Positions 8,643 through 17,874 of a stretch of 64,000 nucleotides of DNA are shown here, piece by piece. This stretch comes from Alphaproteobacteria bacterium. GTDB lineage: Bacteria > Pseudomonadota > Alphaproteobacteria > Elsterales > Elsteraceae. The notes under the pieces were generated by a model, which had not been told where the DNA came from, did no database searches, and was given only the letters and a program-made list of their open reading frames with translations. The position numbers were made by a program, and so were the translations under genes. The stretch's first letter is position 1. Each line of letters starts with the position of its first letter. Location of the stretch: positions 9,961 through 73,960 of the forward strand of contig RDXE01000033.1 of assembly GCA_004292755.1 (NCBI GenBank), given 5' to 3'.

Positions 8643-10199
8643 ATGCAGCCACGCTCCGCTTCCACCAACGTCATCCCTTTGACGGTTCTGCCGTCCGGCA
8701 CGGCGATCACGGTTCCAGTGGGTGGGGTGCCCGTGACCATTGATCTCGCGCGGCGCACCAGCGCGGCCGCCCCTGGCTCCTCCCTGGCGGACCAGATTGT
8801 TGAGGCAATCGGTGGAGCGATCCGTGCGGGCGATGTGGTGTCCGGCGCCAAGCTGCCATCCATCCGGGCCTTGGCCAGTCGGCTGGGGGTGAGTGCCTTC
8901 ACCGTGACCGAGAGCTATGACCGCTTGGCGGCCCTGGCGTTGGTGGAGGCGCGACCAGGCTCGGGCGTGTATGTGACCGCCCCAGCTGCACGGGCAGTGG
9001 AGGCGCTGGATACTGTCGCGGTGCCGGAGGGGGCGTTTGGGCCCATTGATCTGGTCCATGCCTTCGTTGCCAAGAGCGAGGCGTGGATTGCGCCCGGCAA
9101 CGCTGCTTTGCCGCGATCGTGGATCGAGCAGGTGTGGCGGGGTCCTGCGATCAGCCGGTTCCAGCGCAGTGTGTTCAGCCAAGTCACGGCCGACAGCGCG
9201 CCCCGCGGTTACCCGCCGCTGCTGCAGCAGATCGCGGCCAAGCTGGCACGCGAGGGCATTGCCGTTGACCCGGAGCGCCACCTGCTGATCACCCATGGCT
9301 CCACCCACGGCATGGACCTGGTGTTGCGCACGATGCTGGCGCCGGGTGACACGGTGTTGGTGGAGGACCCCTGTTACTTTATGACCGAGCCGATGCTGGC
9401 CCCCCTCGGGGTGCAGGTGGTTGCCATCCCGCGCCGTCAGGATGGTCCCGACCTAGCCGCTGTGGAGCAGGCGCTTACCACTTGGCGGCCGCGGCTGTTC
9501 TTGTTGCAAGCGGTGTTTCACAACCCGACGGGGTGGAGCATCACGCCGCCAGTGCTGCACCAACTGTTGGGCTTGGCGGCGCGCTTCGGGGTGACGGTGG
9601 TGGATGAAGATGTGTTCGGAGACTTCCACCCCCATCGCCCGCTGCGTCCCGCTGGTTTGGCGGGGTTTGAGCATGTGATCCACATCGGCAGTTTCACCAA
9701 GCTGTTGGGCTCCGGTTTGCGGGTCGGGTTTGTCGCCGCCTCCCCCGCCCGCAGCGCCGAGTTGCTGACACAGCGCATTCGCAGCGTGCTCACCGGCTCC
9801 ATCCTGGAGGAGACGTTGGTTCACGAAGTCTTGGCGTCCGGCCAGTATCGGCGTCAGGTGGAACGGCTTTGGCCCCGCCTCGCCTCCGCGCGGGCAGTGG
9901 CAGAGCGTCGACTGATGGAGCTTGGCTTTCGCTTGACGGCAGCGACTGATCCCTCGCCCTTGATCTGGGCCGAGGCACCCGCGGGGATCAATGTCGAAGC
10001 CCTGGTGCGCACAGCGGGAGAGCGGGGCGTTCTGCTCGCCCCCGGTGCCCTGTTTCGCCCAGGCCGCCAACCCTCCCGCCACTTGCGCTTCAATGCGACC
10101 CGCGCGACAGAGCCAAAACTGTTCGAAACTCTGGCGGCGTGCCTTGCTGCATCGTCGCCCAATCCTGGGGTGCCGTCCGACTGCGCGGGCTTGGTCTAG
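8643..10199 (+). CDS. MocR/PdxR-type GntR-family regulator with PLP aminotransferase-like domain
   Basis: N-terminal GntR wHTH (KLPSIRALASRLGVSAFTVTESYDRLAALALVEARPGSGVYV) plus a fold-type-I aminotransferase-like domain (IHIGSFTKLLGSGLRVGF). Divergent from the LysE exporter, a classic pairing. Confidence 0.8.
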   Translation: MQPRSASTNVIPLTVLPSGTAITVPVGGVPVTIDLARRTSAAAPGSSLADQIVEAIGGAIRAGDVVSGAKLPSIRALASRLGVSAFTVTESYDRLAALALVEARPGSGVYVTAPAARAVEALDTVAVPEGAFGPIDLVHAFVAKSEAWIAPGNAALPRSWIEQVWRGPAISRFQRSVFSQVTADSAPRGYPPLLQQIAAKLAREGIAVDPERHLLITHGSTHGMDLVLRTMLAPGDTVLVEDPCYFMTEPMLAPLGVQVVAIPRRQDGPDLAAVEQALTTWRPRLFLLQAVFHNPTGWSITPPVLHQLLGLAARFGVTVVDEDVFGDFHPHRPLRPAGLAGFEHVIHIGSFTKLLGSGLRVGFVAASPARSAELLTQRIRSVLTGSILEETLVHEVLASGQYRRQVERLWPRLASARAVAERRLMELGFRLTAATDPSPLIWAEAPAGINVEALVRTAGERGVLLAPGALFRPGRQPSRHLRFNATRATEPKLFETLAACLAASSPNPGVPSDCAGLV

Positions 10200-10369
10200 C
10201 GGACATCACCAGTGCTCAGACCCCTCGGCACCGGGTCGCTGACACTGGTGAGGGCGACTGTGTTGTCGCCATGCTGACCGGTTGGGTCTCCAAGCGAACA
10301 CCGCGGCGGCTCCGACTGGGAAACCGAGATCAATCGGCTGAGACATTCAATCAGCGTGAGACGGTACCT

Positions 10370-10410
10370 GTTATAGAAACGGCCGTCACCCAGGGCGGGG
10401 TGACGGCCGT
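10370..10410 (-). terminator. probable terminator of ahcY
   Basis: 13-bp perfect stem ACGGCCGTCACCC/GGGTGACGGCCGT with a 6-nt loop. On the minus strand it is followed by only a weak U-rich tail (UUCUAUAA). Confidence 0.45.
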
Positions 10411-10436
10411 CAGTCTACTTGAAACCGGGTGCGGTT

Positions 10437-11810
<1,374 letters not shown>

Positions 11811-11941
11811 TCAACGCTGCGGCGTTCTAGCAGACATAAACATATAAAGCTATCTTTATGTGATCGTGGCGACGCCCGAGCGCGCGAGTTAGTGCGAGTG
11901 TGCACTGTGCCAGACGAAACCGGACCCAACCGGGAAGAGAC

Positions 11942-11973
11942 AAAAAAGCCCGCAGCGTCGAAGAGCTGCGGGC
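11942..11973 (-). terminator. rho-independent terminator
   Basis: On the minus strand: GCCCGCAGC-8 nt loop-GCTGCGGGC followed by TTTTTT. It lies 25 nt after the stop of the 49-aa ORF. Confidence 0.7.
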
Positions 11974-11997
11974 CAACATTCAGATTGAACGGAATGA

Positions 11998-12147
11998 TCA
12001 GGCGGCGCGCTTAACGGCAGCCTGCTCCTTCTTCAGTGCGATGGCATTGCGATACAGCCAAGACAGCTTCCAGACGTCTGCACCTGACCGGTCCATCGCA
12101 ATCCGAAGTGCAGTCGAGACGCGATCTTCCAGAGATTTGTCAGTCAT
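11998..12147 (-). CDS. small protein, 49 aa (not in supplied ORF track)
   Basis: My translation is MTDKSLEDRVSTALRIAMDRSGADVWKLSWLYRNAIALKKEQAAVKRAA. AGGAG lies 9 nt upstream of the ATG. The ATG overlaps the TGA of the upstream gene (ATGA), and a strong terminator follows. Confidence 0.45.
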   Translation of the reverse strand: MTDKSLEDRVSTALRIAMDRSGADVWKLSWLYRNAIALKKEQAAVKRAA

Positions 12148-12665
12148 GTCGGTGTGCTCCTGGGTAGATTCTTGATTTCCAACCAGGCGCCATACGATAG
12201 CGCCTCAAGTTTCTGCTCCAACAGAGCCTCGACGACCTTTTGCAGGAATGGCCGGTCCGAGGCAGATCCGAAATGCAGCTTTAGATTTACCGCACCTTTT
12301 TCTTGCGCCAAGCATTGACGGCCATTGACAAAATTTGTCAATAGAAAATGCAGATCTTCGTCTGAGGCGCAACCGAAGTCGTAGTATGGGCTGACAACTG
12401 GCCAAAGACACCGTAGAGTCTTGCCGAACGAGCGCTTCAAATTCGCCAAATTTACATGGCAATAGACATGATAACCGCCCATCTCATCGCAAAGGCCAAA
12501 AATGCCGTATCGATCATCCTGCGGGTTTTCCCGCGCGATACCTAGCGCGTACTGATGATTACTATCATCAAGGTCTTCATCGGGGATGCCGCTTTGTCGC
12601 CCAACGAGCCGCCAAGCTTCCAAGAGCGATTCAATCCCGTTTGCATCCAGGCGGACAAGGCGCAT
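12144..12665 (-). CDS. hypothetical protein (173 aa), low-GC gene
   Basis: Clean ORF at about 50% GC within about 66% GC surroundings. GGAG lies 9 nt before ATG 12665; the track start GTG 12680 has no RBS. I recognise no family. KRSFGKT faintly recalls GNAT motif A. Confidence 0.55.
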   Translation of the reverse strand: MRLVRLDANGIESLLEAWRLVGRQSGIPDEDLDDSNHQYALGIARENPQDDRYGIFGLCDEMGGYHVYCHVNLANLKRSFGKTLRCLWPVVSPYYDFGCASDEDLHFLLTNFVNGRQCLAQEKGAVNLKLHFGSASDRPFLQKVVEALLEQKLEALSYGAWLEIKNLPRSTPT

Positions 12666-12699
12666 CAATGTTGGCTCCACGATAGCAAAACTGTTTCCG

Positions 12700-12729
12700 A
12701 TTACACTTATTAATAAGACAGCTCGTCAA
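12700..12729 (-). promoter_or_regulatory. candidate sigma70-type promoter of the low-GC cassette
   Basis: On the minus strand: TTGACG, 18-nt spacer, TGTAAT, in an AT-rich gap about 30 nt upstream of ATG 12665. Confidence 0.3.
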
Positions 12730-12774
12730 TAAATGCTGGTTTGAGGCCACAAACTCTGCGTTTGCGCAGACCTG

Positions 12775-14064
12775 TCAGGCACTTCCACCAACCCAGGCGG
12801 CGTGGTCGATCGGGGGACCCATGGCGCCGCAGCAAACAGGGCAGGGGCACGCGGCGCTGGAGCCTGTGACGTGGACTGTCACCTCGGGTGCGCCATTATT
12901 GGCGCTGCTGGCGGCGGTGAACGGCCGGACATAGCCAACCACGCCCTCATAAGCGTAGCTGGGCAGGGTTTGTGCCACTGAACTGCGCTCTGCTTCGCTG
13001 GAGGTGTAGAAATGCACGCCGCTGGCGGTGTTGAAGAACCGGTGCAGGGCAGGACCGGTGCTGGCAGTGGTGGAGATGTGGAAGCCAACCCCCTCATAGC
13101 TGAAGTTGAGCAGGGTGCTGCGAACGCTATCCCGCTCAGCCACGCTGGAGGTGTAGAAGTGGGTTCCATTGGTGGTGTTGAAGAACCGATACACTGGCAA
13201 GGCCGATGCATCGGTGGACGCCAACAACCCAAAGCCAACCCCCTCGTAGGTGAATTGAGGGAGAGTGGAAGCAACTGATTGCGCCTCCGGCTGGGAGTTG
13301 GTGTAGAAATGATAGCCCTGCCGTGTGTTGAAAAATCGGTACAGTGGCAAGTCATTCGGGTAGGTCGGAATCGTAACGCCTGCCGTCGGTGGGGTCGTTG
13401 TCACACCCGCGAGGTAGCGCAAGGCCGCTTGGTCGTAAGCCTGATAAGTCTCAGCGAAGGCCCCCGTCCGCGTATAGGACATCACCGTGTTGCCGGTGTT
13501 ATCGCTCGAACTGGGCAGCACGGTGCCATCCTCAAACGGATGCTTCAGGCCCATCGCGTGGCCGATCTCGTGCAGAAACAACTCATAGGCGAAAGACCCG
13601 CGGGTCGGCGTGTCATAGGCGCCTGGGTCAATGGCGATGAACCCGCGCATGTCAAAGTTGGTGACGCGTTCCACGCCGTTCTGAGTCGAGGTGGAATAGG
13701 AATAGCGCCACCCCCCCACCCCCGCTGCGCTGTTGGGATCATCGCGGAAGAAGCCAAAGTCGGCTGTGGCGAGGTTTGTGGTCTCCTGAAACTGCCATCC
13801 AGTCAGCTGGGTGACCTCGGCCAGGATGTCGCGCACAGCTGTGCGCTGCGCTTGGGTGAGGGCCGAGGCGGACGGCGTCACAGTGCTGGTAAACTGCGAG
13901 GCTTCGCTGACCGAACTGGGGAAGCTGTAGGTCAGCACCTGACCGTCAAACGCACGCTCCACCTGCCAAAGCCCTGGACCAGTGCCGCGCGAGTCAATCA
14001 GCAGCGCGTCGATGGTGTTGGTACCGCTGGGGCGGGCGAGCAACTGGCTGGGGGTGTAGCTCAT
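12775..14064 (-). CDS. serralysin-like (M10B) zinc metalloprotease with three DUF5648-like repeats and Cys-rich tail
   Basis: HEIGHAMGLKH (HExxHxxGxxH) plus a Met-turn NTVMSY. Then three repeats of about 50 aa of the form YRFFNTxxGxHFYTxSxxExxSVxxTLxxFxYEGVGF. C-terminus is CPCPVCCGAMGPP. No N-terminal signal peptide and no GGxGxD RTX repeats. Confidence 0.8.
   Translation of the reverse strand: MSYTPSQLLARPSGTNTIDALLIDSRGTGPGLWQVERAFDGQVLTYSFPSSVSEASQFTSTVTPSASALTQAQRTAVRDILAEVTQLTGWQFQETTNLATADFGFFRDDPNSAAGVGGWRYSYSTSTQNGVERVTNFDMRGFIAIDPGAYDTPTRGSFAYELFLHEIGHAMGLKHPFEDGTVLPSSSDNTGNTVMSYTRTGAFAETYQAYDQAALRYLAGVTTTPPTAGVTIPTYPNDLPLYRFFNTRQGYHFYTNSQPEAQSVASTLPQFTYEGVGFGLLASTDASALPVYRFFNTTNGTHFYTSSVAERDSVRSTLLNFSYEGVGFHISTTASTGPALHRFFNTASGVHFYTSSEAERSSVAQTLPSYAYEGVVGYVRPFTAASSANNGAPEVTVHVTGSSAACPCPVCCGAMGPPIDHAAWVGGSA
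12919..13350 (-). repeat. three tandem intragenic repeats of about 50 codons (DUF5648-like)
   Basis: Residues 239-382 of the metalloprotease: LPLYRFFNTRQGYHFYTNS..., LPVYRFFNTTNGTHFYTSS..., LHRFFNTASGVHFYTSS... Confidence 0.85.
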
Positions 14065-14100
14065 GGTGCTGATCCTTTGCTGGGATCAGCTTGGTGTGGT

Positions 14101-14634
14101 CTAGCGCCGAAGCCAAGGGGCCATGCGGCGCAAAGTGTCGTCGCGGAACACCAGATGGTGCATCAAGGCCGCGCCGACGTGCATGGCAATCAGTATCCCC
14201 AGCGCCCACGCCAAACGCCGGTGCACCCACAGCGCCTGCCAGCCAAGGTCCATATTGCGGCCAAAGTCTGGCAGCGGGATCACGCCCAACCACACGACTG
14301 GAAATCCCAGCGCCGTGGAAGCAATCCAGCCGACCACGGGTGTGGCGATCAGCAGCCCGTAAATGCCCGCGTGAACCAGCGTGGCGACGAGGTGCTGCCA
14401 CGCCGGTCCTGGTAGCGGCGGTGGCGGCGGGTGCCGCCGACGCCAGATCAAACGCACCAAGGCAACACCCAGAATCGCCACCCCCAGCCACTCGTGGCTG
14501 AGGAACATCGGCAGCTTCAGTGGCTCCGGTACTTTCAGCCACGCAAGCGAAAGACCGAGGCCGAAGGCAAAGGCCATCAGCAAGACGGTCAGCCAATGCA
14601 GCGCGATGGCGGTGCGGGTGAAGCCCGATGTCAC
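14101..14634 (-). CDS. cytochrome b561 family protein
   Basis: FTRTAIALHWLTVLLM, four hydrophobic helices, and conserved His residues (HWL, SHEW, VHAGIY, HVGAALMHH). Start overlaps the upstream GGT stop (ATGA). Confidence 0.8.
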   Translation of the reverse strand: MTSGFTRTAIALHWLTVLLMAFAFGLGLSLAWLKVPEPLKLPMFLSHEWLGVAILGVALVRLIWRRRHPPPPPLPGPAWQHLVATLVHAGIYGLLIATPVVGWIASTALGFPVVWLGVIPLPDFGRNMDLGWQALWVHRRLAWALGILIAMHVGAALMHHLVFRDDTLRRMAPWLRR

Positions 14635-16181
14635 GCGGCCACCACGGCTGGCCAGGGGGTGCGATGGTCGGCGCAGCCAACAGCACCGTCGGCGGTCAGC
14701 ATCACAGCAGTTGGGACCGCGTAGGCCGTGGGATGAACCACCGGGGCGCGTTCCTCCACCGTCACTCTGGATTGCAGGATCGCCAGATCCTCCGGCGGCA
14801 GGCCTTGGTCCACTGTAATGGTGGTGCCGCGCACCAGATCGATGCGGGGGCTATGGAAGGCTGTCTCCAGGTCCCGGCCATGGGCGATCACGTGATGGGC
14901 GATCTGCACCACGGCTGGCACGATGGAGCGCCCACCCGAGGCGCCAATCGCCAGCGTCATGCGATCCCCTTGCCCCGCGATCAGTGGTCCCATGTTGTTC
15001 AGCGGTTTGACACTGGACTGCAGGGAATTCGGACGCCCGGCCACGGGGTCGAACCAGAACACACCATTGTTCATCAGCACGCCGGTTTCCGGCAACACCA
15101 CCTTGGAGCCGAAGCGTGACAGCAAGGTGTTGGTCAAGGTCACCAGCATGCCGTTGCGGTCGACCACGCACAGGTGGGTGGTGCAGGTGCCGGGACCAGC
15201 ATGGCCCATGGTCGCCAACCGCTCCTCCCAGGCAGCCAAGCTCGCCTCGGCGGCTGCGGCAAGGGCCGCCCCACCTGGGGGTGGCGTAGGCTCTGCCGCA
15301 AGGCGCGCCAGGATGCGCGCAGCCGTAGGGCCACCGGTCAAACCAGGCGTGAGCGCGACCCGCCAGCCTGCGTGGCTGGTCCACAGCGGCTCTACCTCCA
15401 GCGCCTGATAGCGGGCAAGGTCGTCGGCATCAACCGGAGCACCGCCCGCGGCCAAGTCGGCCGCCAGCATGCGGGCCAACTGCCCCTCGTAGAAGTCGCG
15501 CGGGCCAGCCTCGGCCAGACGGCGCAAGGTGACTGTTAGGGCCGCAAGGGACAGCCGTGCCGGTGGGCCGAAGCTGGGCGGCACAGGTGGCAACCCATCG
15601 GTCAAGTAAGTGGCCGCCGAGGCCGGAAACCGGCGCAAGTCGCTGGCGGAGGCCGCGATCGACAGGGTGGTCGGCCAATCGACCGTCAGACCCGCTTCAG
15701 CGAGAGCAATCGCGCCTTCCAGCAACTCTGCCCAGGGCCGGGTGCCAAAGCGCTCCCGTGCCAAGGCAAAGCCCGCCACCGCGCCTGGCACGCAGATCGA
15801 CGTATAGCCAGACTGGTTGCGATCCCCCTCCACCAGCGGCCAGCCGAACAGGCCGACATCATGGCCCGGTGCCAAGGGGTAGTCCGCGGGGTTGAGCCCG
15901 CGGCCCGAGGTCATGGTGTAGTCAATCGCCTTGGTGGTGCCGGACGCTGGATCCGAGACGAGCAGAATGCCGCCGCCGCCAATGCCACTCATCCACGGTT
16001 CAACCACGCCAACGGCAAAGGCGGTGGCGATGGCTGCATCGATGGCGTTGCCGCCCCGGCGCAAAATCTCCGCCCCAACCTCGGCTGCGCTGCGATGCTG
16101 CGCTGCCACCAAGCCACCGCCGCCTGTCACAGCGGGCTTGCGGATCTGCCATTGGTCACCGGGGTAGGGCAGGAGGGTCAT
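14631..16181 (-). CDS. ggt: gamma-glutamyltransferase family protein (no signal peptide)
   Basis: GGGGILLVSD, nucleophile context GTCTTHLCVVDRNGMLVTLTNT, and GASGGRSI. Start at ATG 16181 (AAGGA upstream); the track start at 16256 is probably too long. Confidence 0.85.
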   Translation of the reverse strand: MTLLPYPGDQWQIRKPAVTGGGGLVAAQHRSAAEVGAEILRRGGNAIDAAIATAFAVGVVEPWMSGIGGGGILLVSDPASGTTKAIDYTMTSGRGLNPADYPLAPGHDVGLFGWPLVEGDRNQSGYTSICVPGAVAGFALARERFGTRPWAELLEGAIALAEAGLTVDWPTTLSIAASASDLRRFPASAATYLTDGLPPVPPSFGPPARLSLAALTVTLRRLAEAGPRDFYEGQLARMLAADLAAGGAPVDADDLARYQALEVEPLWTSHAGWRVALTPGLTGGPTAARILARLAAEPTPPPGGAALAAAAEASLAAWEERLATMGHAGPGTCTTHLCVVDRNGMLVTLTNTLLSRFGSKVVLPETGVLMNNGVFWFDPVAGRPNSLQSSVKPLNNMGPLIAGQGDRMTLAIGASGGRSIVPAVVQIAHHVIAHGRDLETAFHSPRIDLVRGTTITVDQGLPPEDLAILQSRVTVEERAPVVHPTAYAVPTAVMLTADGAVGCADHRTPWPAVVAA

Positions 16182-16393
16182 GCGAGTTGTCCTTACCGTC
16201 GCGCGATGCCGAACACTAAGGCGCACCGGCGCATCTGTCATGAACCAGGACGGCATAACGCCTGTGATTGGATGCAGGGACAGGGGTTGCTGAAAATTCG
16301 ATCAGTGTCCGATTTTCTTCACGGATGCTGAAACAATAGGCAGAGGCTCCCCGATCGTGCCTGCTTTTCCAGTCTGAAACCTCCGTCTCCGGC

Positions 16394-16409
16394 TGGCATA
16401 TGCCTTGCT
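16394..16409 (+). promoter_or_regulatory. sigma54 (RpoN) -24/-12 promoter
   Basis: TGGCATATGCCTTGCT fits TGGCAC-N5-TTGCW with correct GG/GC spacing. It lies about 85 nt upstream of the transporter start, and the downstream operon is nitrogen-related. Confidence 0.55.
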
Positions 16410-16491
16410 GATCCAACGCCATACCCCGGTGCTGCCAGCAAACCGGGCAGGGGGACAGCGCCGCCGGCGCTGTCGGGTGATGGAGGTGCTG

Positions 16492-17871
16492 ATGTCGAGC
16501 TTCTTCAATCCGCTATCCACGCGTCACAGCTTTGGCCGCTGTTCGTGCGGGGCTCATGCCAGCGAAGCTGAGCATCGCCAAGCCTTGGCGGCAGAGGCCG
16601 CGACGGTGGCGGCGGGACCCGAAAGCCGCTACCGGCGGATTGTTGAAAGTGCAGTGGTGCGTGCTCTGTTCCCCGTGGACACCCAACGCCGTGCCTTTCT
16701 CACGGCAGTGGGTGCATCAACGGCCATGGCTGCCATTGCCTCGGTGTTTCCCATCGCCACAGCGACGGAGGCCTTCGCCCAAGGCGCTGGTGCGATCGAG
16801 AAGAAGGACCTGTCGGTTGGCTTCATCCCGATCACCTGTGCCACGCCGATCATCATGGCGCATCCCTTGGGTTTCTACGCCAAGCATGGCCTGAACGTGA
16901 ATGTGGTGCGCACCGCTGGCTGGGCAGTGATTCGCGACAAGACCATCAACAAAGAATACGACGCCGCCCACATGCTGGCCCCGATGCCGATTGCCATCAC
17001 GATGGGGGCTGGCTCCAACCCAATTCCTTACACCATGCCCGCGGTGGAGAACATCAACGGTCAGGCGATCACGCTTGCCAACAAGCACAAGGACAAACGC
17101 GACCCCAGGCAATGGCGCGGTTTCCGGTTCGCAGTGCCGTTTGACTATTCCATGCACAATTACCTGCTGCGGTATTACGTGGCCGAACATGGGTTGGACC
17201 CGGATCGGGATATCCAGATCCGCGCGGTGCCGCCGCCGGAGATGGTCGCCAACCTGCGGGCCGACAACATTGATGGGTATCTGGGCCCGGACCCTTTCAA
17301 TCAGCGCGCAGTGTTTGATGGTGTCGGCTTCATCCACATTCTGTCGAAGGAGTTGTGGGACGGTCATCCCTGCTGCGCCTTTGCTGCCAGCCGCGAGTTT
17401 GTCACCAGCATGCCGAACACCTATGCCGCGTTGCTGCGGGCGATTGTCGACGCCACGGCCTATGCGCAGAAGTCTGAGAACCGTCGGGAAATCGCCACCG
17501 CCATCGCTGCGCCGAACTACTTGAACCAACCGCAGACGGTGCTGGAGCAAATCCTGACCGGTACGTTTGCCGACGGCCTGGGTGGCGTGAAGCGCGACCC
17601 GAATCGCATCCAGTTCGACCCCTTCCCCTGGGAAAGCTTCGCCATCTGGATCATGACCCAGATGAAGCGCTGGGGTCAGGTGCGAGGGGAGATCGACTAC
17701 GCCCGCATCGCGCGCGAAGTGTACTTGACCACCGATGCCGCCAAGGCCATGCGCGATGTGGGGCTTGAGCCGCCGACTGCCACGTCGAAGAGCTTCTCGG
17801 TCATGGGCAAGCCGTTTGATCCAGCCAAGCCGGAGGAGTACATCGCGTCCTTCCCGATCCGGCGGAGCTAA
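16492..17871 (+). CDS. NrtA/CmpA-family ABC substrate-binding protein (cyanate/nitrate type), Tat signal
   Basis: Twin-arginine signal QRRAFLTAVGASTAMAAIASV and NrtA-like body (GFIPITCATPIIMA, HPCCAFAASREF). GGAGG lies 5 nt before ATG 16492. Confidence 0.8.
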   Translation: MSSFFNPLSTRHSFGRCSCGAHASEAEHRQALAAEAATVAAGPESRYRRIVESAVVRALFPVDTQRRAFLTAVGASTAMAAIASVFPIATATEAFAQGAGAIEKKDLSVGFIPITCATPIIMAHPLGFYAKHGLNVNVVRTAGWAVIRDKTINKEYDAAHMLAPMPIAITMGAGSNPIPYTMPAVENINGQAITLANKHKDKRDPRQWRGFRFAVPFDYSMHNYLLRYYVAEHGLDPDRDIQIRAVPPPEMVANLRADNIDGYLGPDPFNQRAVFDGVGFIHILSKELWDGHPCCAFAASREFVTSMPNTYAALLRAIVDATAYAQKSENRREIATAIAAPNYLNQPQTVLEQILTGTFADGLGGVKRDPNRIQFDPFPWESFAIWIMTQMKRWGQVRGEIDYARIAREVYLTTDAAKAMRDVGLEPPTATSKSFSVMGKPFDPAKPEEYIASFPIRRS

Positions 17872-17874
17872 CCC

